In this document: in pieces, positions 36,239 through 48,865 of the stretch
Position numbering within the stretch: position 1 is the stretch's first letter
Layout of the letters: every line of letters starts with the position of its first letter
NCBI RefSeq assembly: GCF_021028975.2
Contig: NC_059429.1
Span: 31,248,001-31,312,000 of the forward strand
Reading direction: 5' to 3'
Length of the DNA stretch: 64,000 bases
Origin: Sphaerodactylus townsendi
Lineage: Eukaryota
Program-made: the position numbers and the translations under genes
Notes under the pieces: model-generated
Seen by the model: only the letters and a program-made list of their open reading frames with translations
Told to the model about the DNA's origin: nothing
Database searches by the model: none

Positions 36239-38309
36239 CAAGATTAGATTTAGGTTTAACTCTAGCTGGTTTATTTCAGTTTCTCCAGCAGCACTAAGTA
36301 GATATAAGATGCAAGTGGATACAGGATTATTTCCTCAGCTCAAGATTGTTTTAAAAACTGAACTCCTAATATTCAAAGCTGGTCTTTTCTAAGATTTTGA
36401 AAAATCTAGCATCTAGCCTTCAGATGTACCATTTCATGGAAATTTAAAGCCTAGCCTCTAAGGCTAACCTAGATCTAGGTCCAGCTATCTCTGGTTTCTC
36501 ACATCACTACTTCAGCAAGACTGAAAGGATGCAAGACAGAGGTTGTCTTATCACTAACTCTCATTAGTGAACATGCTGGGAATTTTATTTCAGGGAAGGC
36601 CAAGAGGGCTTAGAGTCCAGAGCAAATGATGTTTTAAGAACATCATTAATGTTTCATATTCAGATTTCAGCAGCCATTCTATAGAGAGCATGTAAAAGCC
36701 AGCGCTCATCCGTGTTTGTCTTACTCAATTTAATTATCCATAAATGACTTAGGGAAAAAAAGATGTTCCAACCTCAGCACATCTTCCTTTTAGTTGTAAA
36801 TTGTTTATAGAATGTTTTATGCAAGTAGGTTAAGTAAACATGCTGTAATTGCTTGATTGCTTTCTGCAGCTCTGTTTATCCCTCAGAGTAATACCAGCCT
36901 CTAATCTTGTTATCACACCAAAAGAGCATGAGAAACAAGATTACATCCATTGTCTTGCTTTAACTCTGAAATAGGCAATCCCCAGGAAGTGTCCCACTAA
37001 GCCAAAGATGAATGTGAAAGAATGCATTGCCCTGTTTTTATGAAATATATAGTTTTTTTTTCTTTTCAAAGAAATAGGACGTTACAGTAACTTGGATATT
37101 TCTGAGTTTGACTGTTTCACTTGGGCTGCTTCTTGAAAAAGATGGATAGATCTGACATTGTTTTAAAGTGCTAGAAATTGCTTGCAAATGCTTGACTAGC
37201 TAAGCACAGTGCCTGTTTTATTAGAAATAGGGAGTCAGATTCTCATTGCAGACAATTTTAATGGTGAAAACTGAAAGAGAATCAGCGATGGTAGGAATCC
37301 TTCTGGATTTATGTGCACTTATCACCAGTTTCCTTTCCCTATTTTTACACCAACATGCCAGTATATTCTCATTTCCTGAATCATATACCTCAACCTCAGA
37401 TGTGTTGACACATTCCTTTTTTCTTATCCGTGCAAAGGGGGAAAGGATCCAGATTTGAAATTTATTAAATATACAAACATTTGAATCCATAATAGTATAA
37501 AAGCCTTCGACAGTGCCTAATAGCATGTTTCCTGTTTACAACACAATGATAAATACATTTTAAAAGGAATCAACAACAAAACAATTTATGTAGTTTCAAA
37601 AATATTGTCATAGTACATATGCTTATCAAAAATTTATTTAACCATTTCTAGAGTTAATAAAAATCAGATCTTGCAGTTGAAGTCCTTTCTTTCAAATCTT
37701 GGTCCTCCAAATTGTTCCAAATTAATATGAGGTTTCCCTTGTAGAGAGAATGAATTTCCAATTTACAAGTCTGCAGATTAACACTCTGATCCTTAACTAG
37801 TTCATGAGCACAGTAGTTGCACATTTGGTGGGGAGCAGGTACAGTCTGACTGGGGGGCCTCCCCTGCCTACCCCCTACCCTTACCTTCCTACTCACCTGC
37901 ATGCTTGCACATCTGCTCACAAGCCATCTCACCATCCACCCTTTCACTTATAGTGTGGGTCACTGCATGCAGCTGGCAGTGCTGCCTCCATGACTACCAG
38001 AAGTGCTGCCACAACTGAGTACAGTCTGCATAATCTTCCCTGGTGAATTGGTTGGCATGTTCAGCCAGGAGAACAGATGGTACTAGAGGATCACATGTTC
38101 ATGGAGGTGGCAAAGTTCATGTGGGTGGTGACAGGGGAAGGATTTGGGAGATGGTCTCTGGGCTCTGGCAGAGTTCTTGGGCCTTAGTAGCTGGCCCACC
38201 TCACAGTATGCTGATGCCAACCCTGAATATAACAAAACATATCATTAGCAAAAAACTTTTTACTGAAGTATGGTGAGAAGACATGCATTTAGTAGACATG
38301 TGTTTGTAT

Positions 38310-38580
38310 GAGAGCCAGTATGGTGTAGCGGTTGAAGCAGTGGACTCTAATCTGGAGAACAAGGTTTTATTCCCCATTCATCCACATGAGTAGCAGACTC
38401 TTATCTGGTGGACTGGATTTATTTCCTCTCTCCTACACATGAAGCCTTGGGCTAGTCACAATTTTTTATTCTCTCAGCCCCACCTACCTCATAGGGTGCC
38501 TGTTGTGAGGAGGAGAAGGGAAGGGGTTTGTAAGCTGCTTAGAGACTCCTTACAGGAGAGAAAGCAGGATAAAACTCTTT
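38310..38580 (+). mobile_element. tRNA/CORE SINE
   Basis: TGGTGTAGCGGTT head, B-box-like segment, CORE and 3' end as in 785-1060. Confidence 0.75.
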
Positions 38581-39192
38581 TGAATGAATGAAGCTTTGCA
38601 ACCTGGCTTCTGATTCATCCTGTCGAAGTCTGACAACAAGGAAAAGTCCTTATTTCTACCACATTTTTACCGCTAGTTTAAAAAATGATTCTGGCTTAGG
38701 TTTTATACCAGGCTTGTGGAGATAACACACTGGCAGCTACTAAGGAGTCATTTGACAAAGTAAGAAGGCTTCTAAGCAAGCTTGAAAAGAGCACTGTGAC
38801 CTGAATAATTTTATTTAAGGAAAGAATCAATACATTCATACAGTCATGACAAAATAGCATCAAAGACTGCACACAAAGAATAGCACATATTCTAAATGTT
38901 CACCTGTGCAGCACGCAGAGGAGACAAGGGGTTCCGAGAGATAAGAGCAGAGGGGGAAGCAGCATAATCGTCACCTATGAGTGCAGGCTCTGAATAGTGC
39001 TTTTTTTTTCCAGATGAGTGTCCAAAGCACCCTGGAAGTCAATCAGCTAGAAAGGAAACTACTGTGGTTACTCAAATTGGGAAGGTTTAGAGTCAGCCAG
39101 AGGCCCCCTCTGCCAGTTCAGTTCTGCAAAAAAAAAAAAAAAAGACTAACAGTCCAATCTAGAGGGAGGGCATTCCCCCTCTGGAGTCAGCA

Positions 39193-39194
<2 letters not shown>

Positions 39195-39248
<54 letters not shown>
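39195..39248 (+). repeat. (GT)n microsatellite
   Basis: About 27 units. Confidence 0.98.
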
Positions 39249-39252
<4 letters not shown>

Positions 39253-39631
39253 GCAATTGATCAAAAGCACTATGCATTTCCTTATTTATTATGCAATTGA
39301 TTTTATTATCTTCCCCCATATAAATTTGATCATCAGTATTTTGAGGATGAAACTAATCACTGGAATGAATTCAAGTCTGCAAAACTGGGTGTAGGGCTCT
39401 GTGGATTATTTAAAGAATGGTGCTATGATAAAAAGATTGACAGCTTGCTACTGCAGTTATGAGAAAAATATCCTTCTGTGAGACAGCCTTTCATGGAAGA
39501 TGTGCAGCAAAGGGGGTTGGGGTGGCAAAAATCATGAAATTGTACAGGTGTTTCCTGTTGACTTCCATCCTTAATCATTTATTGTCAAGCCTGGCAGGCC
39601 AAACTCCACAAGAATGGATACAAATGACCTG

Positions 39632-39745
39632 GAAGAAGAAGAGTTGGATTTACATCCCCCCCTTTCTCTCCCATGGGAGACTCACAAACTCCTTTCCCTT
39701 CCCCCCTCACAACAAACACCCTGTGAGATAGGTGGGGCTGAGAGA
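39632..39745 (-). mobile_element. SINE 3' fragment
   Basis: Reverse complement of the 3' end of the 785-1060 family. Confidence 0.7.
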
Positions 39746-40326
39746 ATGGAAAGCAACCATTCCTGTAAGGCCACTGTAATGAAGCAAATAAGAAGGCACC
39801 TCACTGCTCACCTCACTGCTCACCTCACTTTCTAAGTGTCATTTTGTATTTCCTTGCATCTATTTTTTCCAAAATGTACACATTGTAGCACTGTATGTCA
39901 AAAAAGCATCATCATACACATATTTATATTACACACAAAAATGTATAAATTATATAGAAAAACTGCATGATGTATTTACACAGCACAAATTAATCTGTAA
40001 AACACTGATATGTCTTCTTTGTGGCTTCAAAATATATACAGCCCACTTAAAGCCATTCTATAGCACACACCAATGGGGTACTTCCCTGAATACCATTTAA
40101 TGTTTCAGGAAGAAAATGTTACTATGTATACAATAGTCTATGACAAATACATTTTGGCTCCTTGAAGCTTAGCAATTTGAGATTCACACACACTGACTCA
40201 AATAAATTATGGAGCATTTTTGTGTCAGGTCATTATGTCTGAAAGATCTCATCTTCCACATGCTCATATGTAGCCCTTCCAGCATATATTAATTCATGTG
40301 TAGAAATCTTAGTCAGCGTTATCTTA

Positions 40327-40467
40327 GGCTCATTCCGCACATGCAGAATAATGCACTTTCAAACTGCTTTCAGTGCTCTTTGAAGCTGTGTGGAATAGCA
40401 AAATCCACTTGCAAACAATTGTGAAAGTGGTTTGAAAATGCATTATTTTGCGTGTGTGTAAGGGGCC
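40327..40467. mobile_element. Short Harbinger-like MITE
   Basis: Palindromic arms (GCAGAATAATGCACTTTCAAAC / GTTTGAAAATGCATTATTTTGC); TSD TTA. Confidence 0.85.
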
Positions 40468-40529
40468 TTAGTCATTAAGGGCAGGCAGCACAATGCTAGT
40501 CTCCCCAAACTCTCATTAAGGACAAGCAA

Positions 40530-41260
40530 CACAATCAATCAATCAATCAATCAAACAAACAAACAAACAAACAAACAGTCAATCAATGGTGTAACATATC
40601 CCAGAGCATACCTGAGCCTCCAACCATAGATCAGGATCCAGTTGCAATCCCAAACTACGAATCTGTGCCTTCATGGGTTCTCTAGTTTCTGAGCAGCTGC
40701 TTCACAGTACTTCAGTTTTTTCTGGATTGTGTTTCAACTTATTGGGCTTCATCCATTCTATTACCTTCTGTAGGAAAACTATTAATAATTTCCACAGATC
40801 CACCTGGCTTAGCTGTTAAGAAGAAACAGAGCTGGGTATCATCCATATTTTAGTGATACTTTTATCCAAAGCCCCAGATACTCTCTTCAAGCAGTTTCAT
40901 GTAGATGCTAAATAATATGGGGACAAGATGGAATTCTGAGGATCTCACAGTATAAATGACATGGGGTCAAGCAGTAGCCCCCCAGAACCACCTTATGATA
41001 TTGTTTGATTAAGTAATATCAGAACCACCAAAGCGCACTTCCCCCTGTTCCCATCAAAGCTAGCCTCTCCAAAGGATACCATGGTTGATAGCATCAAAAG
41101 TAATGGAGAGGTTCAGCACAATCAACAGGGACACTCTCCCAGCAAAGGTTATCAGTCAGTGTGATCAAGGCCATCCCAAACCCAGACCTAAATCCAGACT
41201 GAAATGGGTCTCGACAATCTACCCTCTTTAACACCTTGCCAATGATGGCAGTAATTACTT
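40530..41260 (-). mobile_element. L2 RT fragment with (CAAT)n(CAAA)n simple repeat
   Basis: DPFQSGFRSGFG...ALITLTDNL, PQNSILSP, DDTQL motifs on the minus strand. Confidence 0.7.
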
Positions 41261-42524
41261 TGCTTGATATTAGCATACCATGAACACAACTGAAAGAAAA
41301 CAATGCTGACTTCAAGTATTTTAAATGCCACCAAATTCTCTCTGTCATTATTGATTACCTTGATAATTCATACCTGGCAGCGGGCCATCTGGCTTCTCCC
41401 AAAGTGCATTTTTTCCTAATGATTTAGTAGCTAATTTTTTCCCCTTTGTACAACTGAAATGTTCAAATTGATTTTTATGACTCTTGTTTGCCCTCTGCAT
41501 GCTAGTCTCCCCAAACTCTCATAAGCTCTAATTATTTCTTTTTGTTATTCCTATATTTTCATGTGGCATTGCCTCTCATACGGCTATTATAACGGCATTG
41601 TATTTTCAGCTGCAAGATTCCAGAGCTTAGCATCCTCTCTGGACTGGGCAATTGGCACTTAAAAGTGTTTACTGTCAAGGAAAGCTTTCTGAGTGATGCA
41701 ACGGCTGCATCCTGAGTGGAAATGCATTTTGCCAAAAGAGTCTACAGCCCTCTTTAAAATGCTCTAGGGGTGTCACTACACTGTGTGTTAATGCATTGTT
41801 TGAAAGTGAGGTTTTTTACCCAGGCTGCACAAACCTTCCATTATTATTTATTGCTGGTAATTTGTTGAAACATTCCAGGAGTGCAGTTTTAAGATGATGA
41901 GCGATTCTCTTAAACCATAATTAGGCCAAATTGTTGCAGATACCATATTGTTCTAGAACATATGACAAGTATTTTGGTTGGAAGGGAGAAAAATGGCCCA
42001 GCAGCTATAAAGAAGATCAAAGTGGTGCCTCACTTCTGTTTTTTTTTTTAAAAAAAAAACAACAACATAGGGGTAGCAAAAGTCAAGAAAGTATTACAGG
42101 AGGCTGATCTTGTAATGTATTGTTTTCAGAAAGCTTCAATAACACTAATATTTGGATCCAAATGCTTCAGTGAAATTCTGGCTAACTCCAATGTAAATTA
42201 TGAGCAACAGCACAAAAGGTTGAGAATCAACCAGAGGGAGGGAGGGAGGCTTTGTTAACACTATGGCAATATCCTCAGGTGTCCCACAGGAGGACACATC
42301 CCTCAATGAGAGCTTTGTGTATTGGTTGGAGTGTCAGAATAGGAGTAGTTGATTCAGATCTTAACATGGAACTCATTTGCCCAGTCACTTTTTCTCTACC
42401 TAACTTGTCGGACTACCACAATTAGAAGTGGCTTAAAACAATGTTAATATGGAGCAACTGCAACATATAGTACAGCAACTGGAGCCATGTAATCTTAAGG
42501 AAAATTTTCCATTCCTTGATTTTT

Positions 42525-43245
42525 TTTTATGTCAAGCCACAGTTCATTTATGGTGACCTTGTAGGGTTTGCAAGGTAAGAGACATTTGGAGGTAGTTTGC
42601 CATTGCCTGCCTCCAGAGGCGTACTGAGGGAAATGGTGCCCAGAGACAAATTGTCTCTGGATGCCCCTCCGGGCTCTATCCCCTCACTGTTGCCGGGTGC
42701 CCTCAACCCTGTCCATGTCGATGACACATGGGTGGGGTCAAGGGCACTCGAAGACAAGGAGGCAGTAGAACTTTCTCCTGCCTCATCGTCTCCAAGCACC
42801 CTCGACCCAGCCCACGTTGCCATCACCATGGGCAAGGTCTAGGGTACCCAGCACCCCACCTTGACTCAGCTCCTTCCTGCCAGCTGGACTCCCAGCCGGC
42901 AGCCAGCAGGCCAGAAGAGACTGCAGTCCCCGGCCTTGGAGACCTGCTTTTATAAGCACTGGGGGGGGGGCTTGAGGAACAGGAAGTCCTGCTGCCTCGT
43001 GGTCTTCGAGCACCCTTGACCTCGCCCATGTGTGATTGACATGGACAGGGTGGAGGGTGCCCAGCTCCACCCCCCAATTGCTGGCTTCCTGGTCACATGG
43101 GAGGGGTGATTTTGCACCCCCCATGTGACCAGAAGAGTGGCACCTGGGGACAAGGGGTATCCCTTGTCCCTAAGTAAATACACCACTTCCTGCTTCCATG
43201 TAATGAATCTACTATTCCTTGGACATCTCCCATCCAAATACTAGT
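42525..43245 (-). mobile_element. 5S-Sauria-type SINE interrupted by a hAT-like element
   Basis: GTTTGCCATTGCCTGCCTCC...CTCCCATCCAAATACTA, split at 42614. Confidence 0.6.
42614..43188. mobile_element. hAT-like non-autonomous element
   Basis: Ends CAGAGGCGTA...TACACCACTT; 8-bp TSD CCTGCCTC/CCTGCTTC; internal inverted repeat about 42700-42775 versus 42984-43057. Confidence 0.7.
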
Positions 43246-44445
43246 TTGGGACAGGGCTGAGAGTGTGTCACTGGCCCAGAGTCATCCAGCAAGTTTTCAT
43301 GGTGCAAATGGGGATAAGAACCTGGGTTTCCCAAATCCTAGTCCAAAACCTTAACCACTATACCATGTTGACTCTCTTGTTCCTTAGTATTGTTATAAAT
43401 AAAAGGAAATATATCTGAATTATAAATTCCATCACTATCGAACCTATCTCACAGGGAGCTATGAGGGAACCATGTAGACTGTACTGAGTTTTTTTTGTGG
43501 GAAGCATGGAATAAAAATGTACTAAATAAAAACATATACTAAATATATGGCATATTTCAGTAACTTTTGGATTCAGTTTTAAAAGACCTGAAATTTTTTG
43601 GGAACCTCCCCCCACCCCACACACACACACAAGCCAATATCCTGCACCAGCTTTTCCCTGAACATTTTCAGGTTTTAAAAGCCACATCTGAAAAACACAA
43701 GCCCCACACAGCTGAATGCAGCTGTGCTGAGCTGATCCCTGCATGTAGCTTTATGGGACCTCCTCTTTACTTGCAAGATTGAAACTGGCTTTGCAAGCAA
43801 GAAAGGGATGTTTGCCTTAAGAGATTGAGGCTTCCAATCTCCTCAGCCAGTTCTGCTAGCCCTTTCCCTGCTTGCAAACTCAGAATGGAGGGCTGCCTGT
43901 GGAGATCGGAGTTTCTTCAGGCAACCTTGATGACCCCTTCCCTCCCTGCTTGTGAAGTCAGAACTGACTTCATAAGCAGGGAGAGAGGGCTGCCTGCAGA
44001 ACCACACAGGCAGCTAGGAAGGCTGAAGAGATCACAATCTATTGGGCTTTTTCTAGCCCAGGCTATTCTATTCTGCCAAATAGTTTTTTATGGGAGGCAA
44101 ACCCTGGGCCATTGGATTCATCCCATACAATTGTTCTGCTTTCACTTTTAGATGGAAACATGATGATGATTATGGGTTACAGCCATTAAACCATCAGCAG
44201 AAGACACTGATGGTTGCAGAGCTTTTTTATTTATTCCATTCCCCCAGCAATACATTCTGACCCTGAGAAAGTTGGTTCCTGGGATTATGGAACCTGCAAG
44301 AATTAATAGTAACATTGGTTAGGGGCTGAACTGAGGAAGGGGAGGACTCCTGTCTCTTCTATCAGTGGATGACAGGATCAAAACATGAGCATATGATATG
44401 ACTTATGGCTAGCACTGTTCACATGTTATAATAAATACATGTAGA

Positions 44446-44582
44446 CAGTGGTAGGATTCAAATAATTTAACAACCGGTTCCGAAGGGACTCAGTGGTGGG
44501 ATTACACCAGTTCTCTGAACTCGACAAAAAATTAGGTACCGGTTCTACCAAATAGGTGCGAATAGGCTGAATCCCACCACTC
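44446..44582. mobile_element. hAT MITE
   Basis: CAGTGGTAGGATTCA / TGAATCCCACCACT ends; 8-bp TSD CATGTAGA/CAAGTAGA. Confidence 0.75.
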
Positions 44583-45532
44583 CAAGTAGACCATGTATGT
44601 GCATCTGTGCGTAAGAAAGAGCATATATTAAAAATAAAACTGGGGACCAGTACATCAATAAATATGGGGGTTACATCTTGTGTTCAGGCTTACATAATGT
44701 AAATCTGTTGAATGAACTGTACAATTTACTTAGTGCATTTACAAAGAAATGTCAAGTATATACTGTAAAGGGATTGTATATGCCATGAGTTCCCAGCCTT
44801 TTTGAACCTGTGGGCACTTTTGAGTACAACTACAAAATGACAGCCTTAGAAGTGAAACTGTCAAAAGATAAAAAAGGAAAAAAATGAACACAGTGTAAAA
44901 ACCAAAACAGAACAAAAATCCACTGTGACCTGGCTGCCAACTATTTAGTTCACACAAATTATAAATGAAGAGTGTGACATTTACTATAGTGCAATCATGA
45001 AAAAAGTGCAAAAGTGTAGAAAAACATCAGGGCTATAACAAATGAGTGAAGGATCATTATTACACCTCCTATACTATTTTCACTGAACAATTATTAATAT
45101 ATTACCATAATAAATACATCAATAAATATTGTAATAAATATTATAATAAATCCATTATCTATTTTTTTAAAAAAACCTCAGTAGTAAAAACAATTTCCAA
45201 ATTACTTTTTTATACATCATGGTGTATAAGTGTAAAACTGGTGTAAAACTCTCATTGCCCTCTAATGCCTAGAACACTGCCCCTTCATGCTGAAATGCTG
45301 CATATTCATCGATTTTTTAAAAGACCTTGATTAGAAACACATGTGGCCCACTCACAAATGTGTCTTAAAAGTAAGTACAATACAATGTAACTCCATCGGC
45401 ACTTATATTAATGTCTTCTTTCTTCTATGATAGTTGATGGAGGATCCTGCTGGCCTGCATACAAAAATCAAAAACATGTTCAATAATTTCATTAAAAATG
45501 GACAGATCATTTTCCATTTTCCTTATCCTCAC

Positions 45533-45830
45533 CTTGAACTTGTGTTAAGTTTATAAATCCACTGTGCTTCCTGTCTTATTAAATGATTTTTAAATATCTA
45601 TTCTTGCTTGTGATTTTGACTAGTATTTGTATGATACACAGAACTTAAACCCCCCTATGGCCATGCTTCAGTTCAATAAAGTGTTGCACCACAGGGGCAT
45701 CTGTATGCACATTGTTAATCTTAGATGAGTGGATTCTTGTTCTGTTTTGCCCTTGAAGTAAAGCCGTACAGAAGAAGCTGACTGCAAGAAAGAAGAGTGG
45801 TCATTTTATAAATACACTGGGAAAGAGGAG
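45533..45830 (-). pseudogene. Degenerate GIY-YIG endonuclease fragment (Penelope-like)
   Basis: CIYK...LYGFTSR, RTRIH.SKINNVHTDAPVVQHFIELKH, NHLIRQEAQWIYKLNT across frameshifts. Confidence 0.7.
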
Positions 45831-46059
45831 TGAGAGAGAATATAGGTAGCAGTTGCCACTGAAACAATGTTATTTTAATTTACACCGCTAATTGGATATC
45901 CCGTGGCCAGTCAGAAGATCTGCTATGCAAGAGCCCCACCTGACCTCATTTGTTTTCTAAAAGCACTTGTTGGGCTTCAGGAAAGATATCATGGGCACCA
46001 TGGAGCCTATGGTAACTATGCTGGGGGATTCCTGGTATATGCATTCACTCTATATACAC

Positions 46060-47200
46060 TAGAAAGGGGGAAGGGGACTCCCCTCTATCCCCCTTCTACC
46101 CAAGGAGAGTGCTCCCAACCAGCCTCTGATGTAGCCCCAGCTAGATTTATCCAAGATTGCCACTTCTCAACCTTGCCAAGTAGGTTCCGCTGTTTGTTTG
46201 GGGTGGAGGGCAATGGGGAGGGTGCTAGCAGGCCTGGTTGGGAGGACAGCTTCCCACTGCCCTCCTTGCCAGTCCAGCTTGCTGTTTGGGGTGAGGAAAG
46301 GGTGCAATGGAGAGGCTTGGGGTGGGGGGAGGATGCAATAGGGAAGTTTGGGGCAGGGCAGAGGGTAGAATGGCGTGGCTTGGACCAGGCTGCTAAGGCA
46401 GCAGAGGGCAAACCACCACTGCCGTGCTAGCCCAGCTTGATTTTGGGGGCAGGGGGAGGGTACAAAGAGGTGGCTTGTGCTGGGTCCAGCAAGGTAGCGC
46501 TGTTTCTCTGGCCTGGCTTGCTTTTGGGGGTAGGGGAGAGTAGAATAAAGTGAGTTGGGCCAGCCAATGAAGCAGCAGGGGGTAAGCTATCACTGCCCCA
46601 CCAGCCCAGCTTGTTTTTGGAGTGGGGGAGGGTGGACTGGGGCAGGTTGTGTCAGTCAGTGAGGCAGCAGGTGGTATAATGTTGCTGCCTTGCCAGCCTG
46701 GCTTGTTTTGGGGGGGGGGCAGAGGAAGGTTTAAATGGGGCAGCTTGGGCCTGGTCTCATCTTTGGAGGTGGTGATGGCAAATGGGGGACTGGACTGGCT
46801 TGGTCTGTGGGAAGTGGGAGAGGGTGGGTGGGGAATAGGGAGGCCAGTAGCAGGCTTGGCACGGCAGCAAGTGACAAGACATAACTGTCCCAACAGGGCT
46901 GCTTGGCTTGTGGGGGAAGCCCAAGCAGGGGAATGGAGAGGCCAGTGGCAGACTCAGCAGGGCAGAGGCTGGCAAGCTTTCACCGTCCTGCTGACTAGGT
47001 TTACATTTGGAGGGGCATGGTAGGTGGTGGAATGGGGGGTTTCTGGTGGGCTCTGGCTTCATGGGAGTTTGGAGGGTGGGAGAGGGCAGGCAGGGGTGGG
47101 GAGGCCTGGGCCTGGCTGGTGGGGCAGCAGGCAGCAACCGCCAATGCCCCGGTGGGCTGGCTTGTTTGGGGTGGGGCGAGGCTCCTGGATTAGGAAAAGG
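46060..47200 (+). repeat. G-rich imperfect tandem repeat region
   Basis: Recurrent CC(A/TG)GCTTG.TTT(T)GGGG unit at about 46274, 46431, 46512, 46606, 46697 and 47157. Confidence 0.55.
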
Positions 47201-48120
47201 CAGTCAGGGAGTGGATGGAATGTCATCCACCAACAGTTGGGGGCTTGTCGTTGCAACATTTCATCCCTTAGTGAATTGTGTATATGGATCTCTATTGAGT
47301 TGGACCATTGGTCTCTCAAGGTCAACTGTTGTTTTTAGTTTGTCTACAACCTGCTTCTTTTCAGTTAAGAAGTTGGGGTTTGAGTCTAGGATGTTCTGCA
47401 TACATTGCCCTCTATCAATGCTGCCGTCCCTCCCAGTATTTTATTATTTATTATCTAAGGAACTAGGTATTCTACAACAAACACTATGCTATATGACCAG
47501 TTGCCGGCCACATCACACACTTGGGATTCAGAGCATTCTCAAAGCAGTGATATCCTGCTTGTTTTGATGACAAAATGTGCAACCTGCATCATTTTCCCTA
47601 AAACACTACATTCATTATAGCTCTAGTAGTAGTTAAGAAAGCCTGAGATTTTCAGATGTACGAACAAAACTAATAAATTTTAATGTTGCCGGATGACTTT
47701 GAAGTTGTCCACTTAAGTTGTTGGGAAGCTTGCTTGCTACTGCAGCAATTTAATTTTGTTGAAGTACAACTGAACTTGGTGCATGGCTTGTGATTCTGAT
47801 TCCCAATTTGAAATGTTTTACAATCACTATTAGTACAGCAGCCAGCTGTCACAAAGAATGTCAATGTTTCTTCTTCAGAAGGATCATATTTTACAGTCTC
47901 TAAATTTGTGGCTTTATTGATTGACTGTCATTTCTATAGAGCGAAAATCCACTTCAATTCGCCAGGACAAACAAGCAACAAGGAGAATGCTGGGAAATAA
48001 CTACTCTGTCCACAACAAGGACAAAACTATTTATTTCCTGTGTTTACTTATATAGTTCTATCTATCTCTGGTTATAGTTTTACATGTCCAAAAACTTCCT
48101 CTTGTATCCAAGACAATTTT

Positions 48121-48865
48121 TTCCCGGGTTTGGCTCTCTTTGTTTAAATACTGGCTTCGCCTTCATTATAGAGCCCTCCCGGGCAGTCTCACATATTTTC
48201 TGTTAAGCGACCACTTCCACTCCACCTGGCACACCAAAATTATCAAGCAAATAAACAACATAGGTGTATCTTTTGACCAACTCCTACTGATGGACGAAAG
48301 ACAGGCTTTCGGAGTTTTGAAACAACGTACTCTTGACATTGAAGGGCAGCTTCTCACAGCTGGAGCCTGCAGAACTTGTTCTCCCACATTTTATGGCATT
48401 TCACCACCATTGCCAGGTTTTATGGCTAAATATATGAGTAATTTAATCAATCCACATCTCCGCAGATATTTTATGCTTGCTCGGCTAAATGTGTTACCGA
48501 CTGCCCAAACAAGAGGCAGATATCATGGCATCCCACAGGAGAACAGGACTTGTTCCTGTGCAGCGGGCCTACCCGAAACAACTGAACACGTGCTCCTTCA
48601 TTGCAAGATTTGGCAGTCTATCGGTTGCTTTTTCTCGAGGCCATCTTGAAGAAATTTTCAGTGAGATCAGACAAGGAAATAGTTTCACACCTGCTTAGTG
48701 ACCATCATCCCCACACTACTGAATCAGTTGCCAGGTTTTTAACAAAGGCACTTGGATCAAGAGTGAAACCTTTGTGTAAATTTTAGTCAATTGGTTTTAA
48801 CATAATCTGTATTTTACCACTCTTTATATGCCATTAAAGGTTTTGTATTTGTTGTTGTATTTGTA
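48121..48865 (+). mobile_element. RTE-X-like LINE 3' end
   Basis: FKYWLRLHY...RRYFMLARLNVLP...GRYHGIP.ENRTCSC...ETTEHVLLHC; ATTAAA followed by a (TTG)/(TTGTAT) tail. Confidence 0.75.

Noticed and set aside
45903-47567. Long Gly/Pro-rich ORFs (175, 166, 186 aa)
   Set aside because: Low-complexity G-rich repeat with no domain motifs or splice structure.
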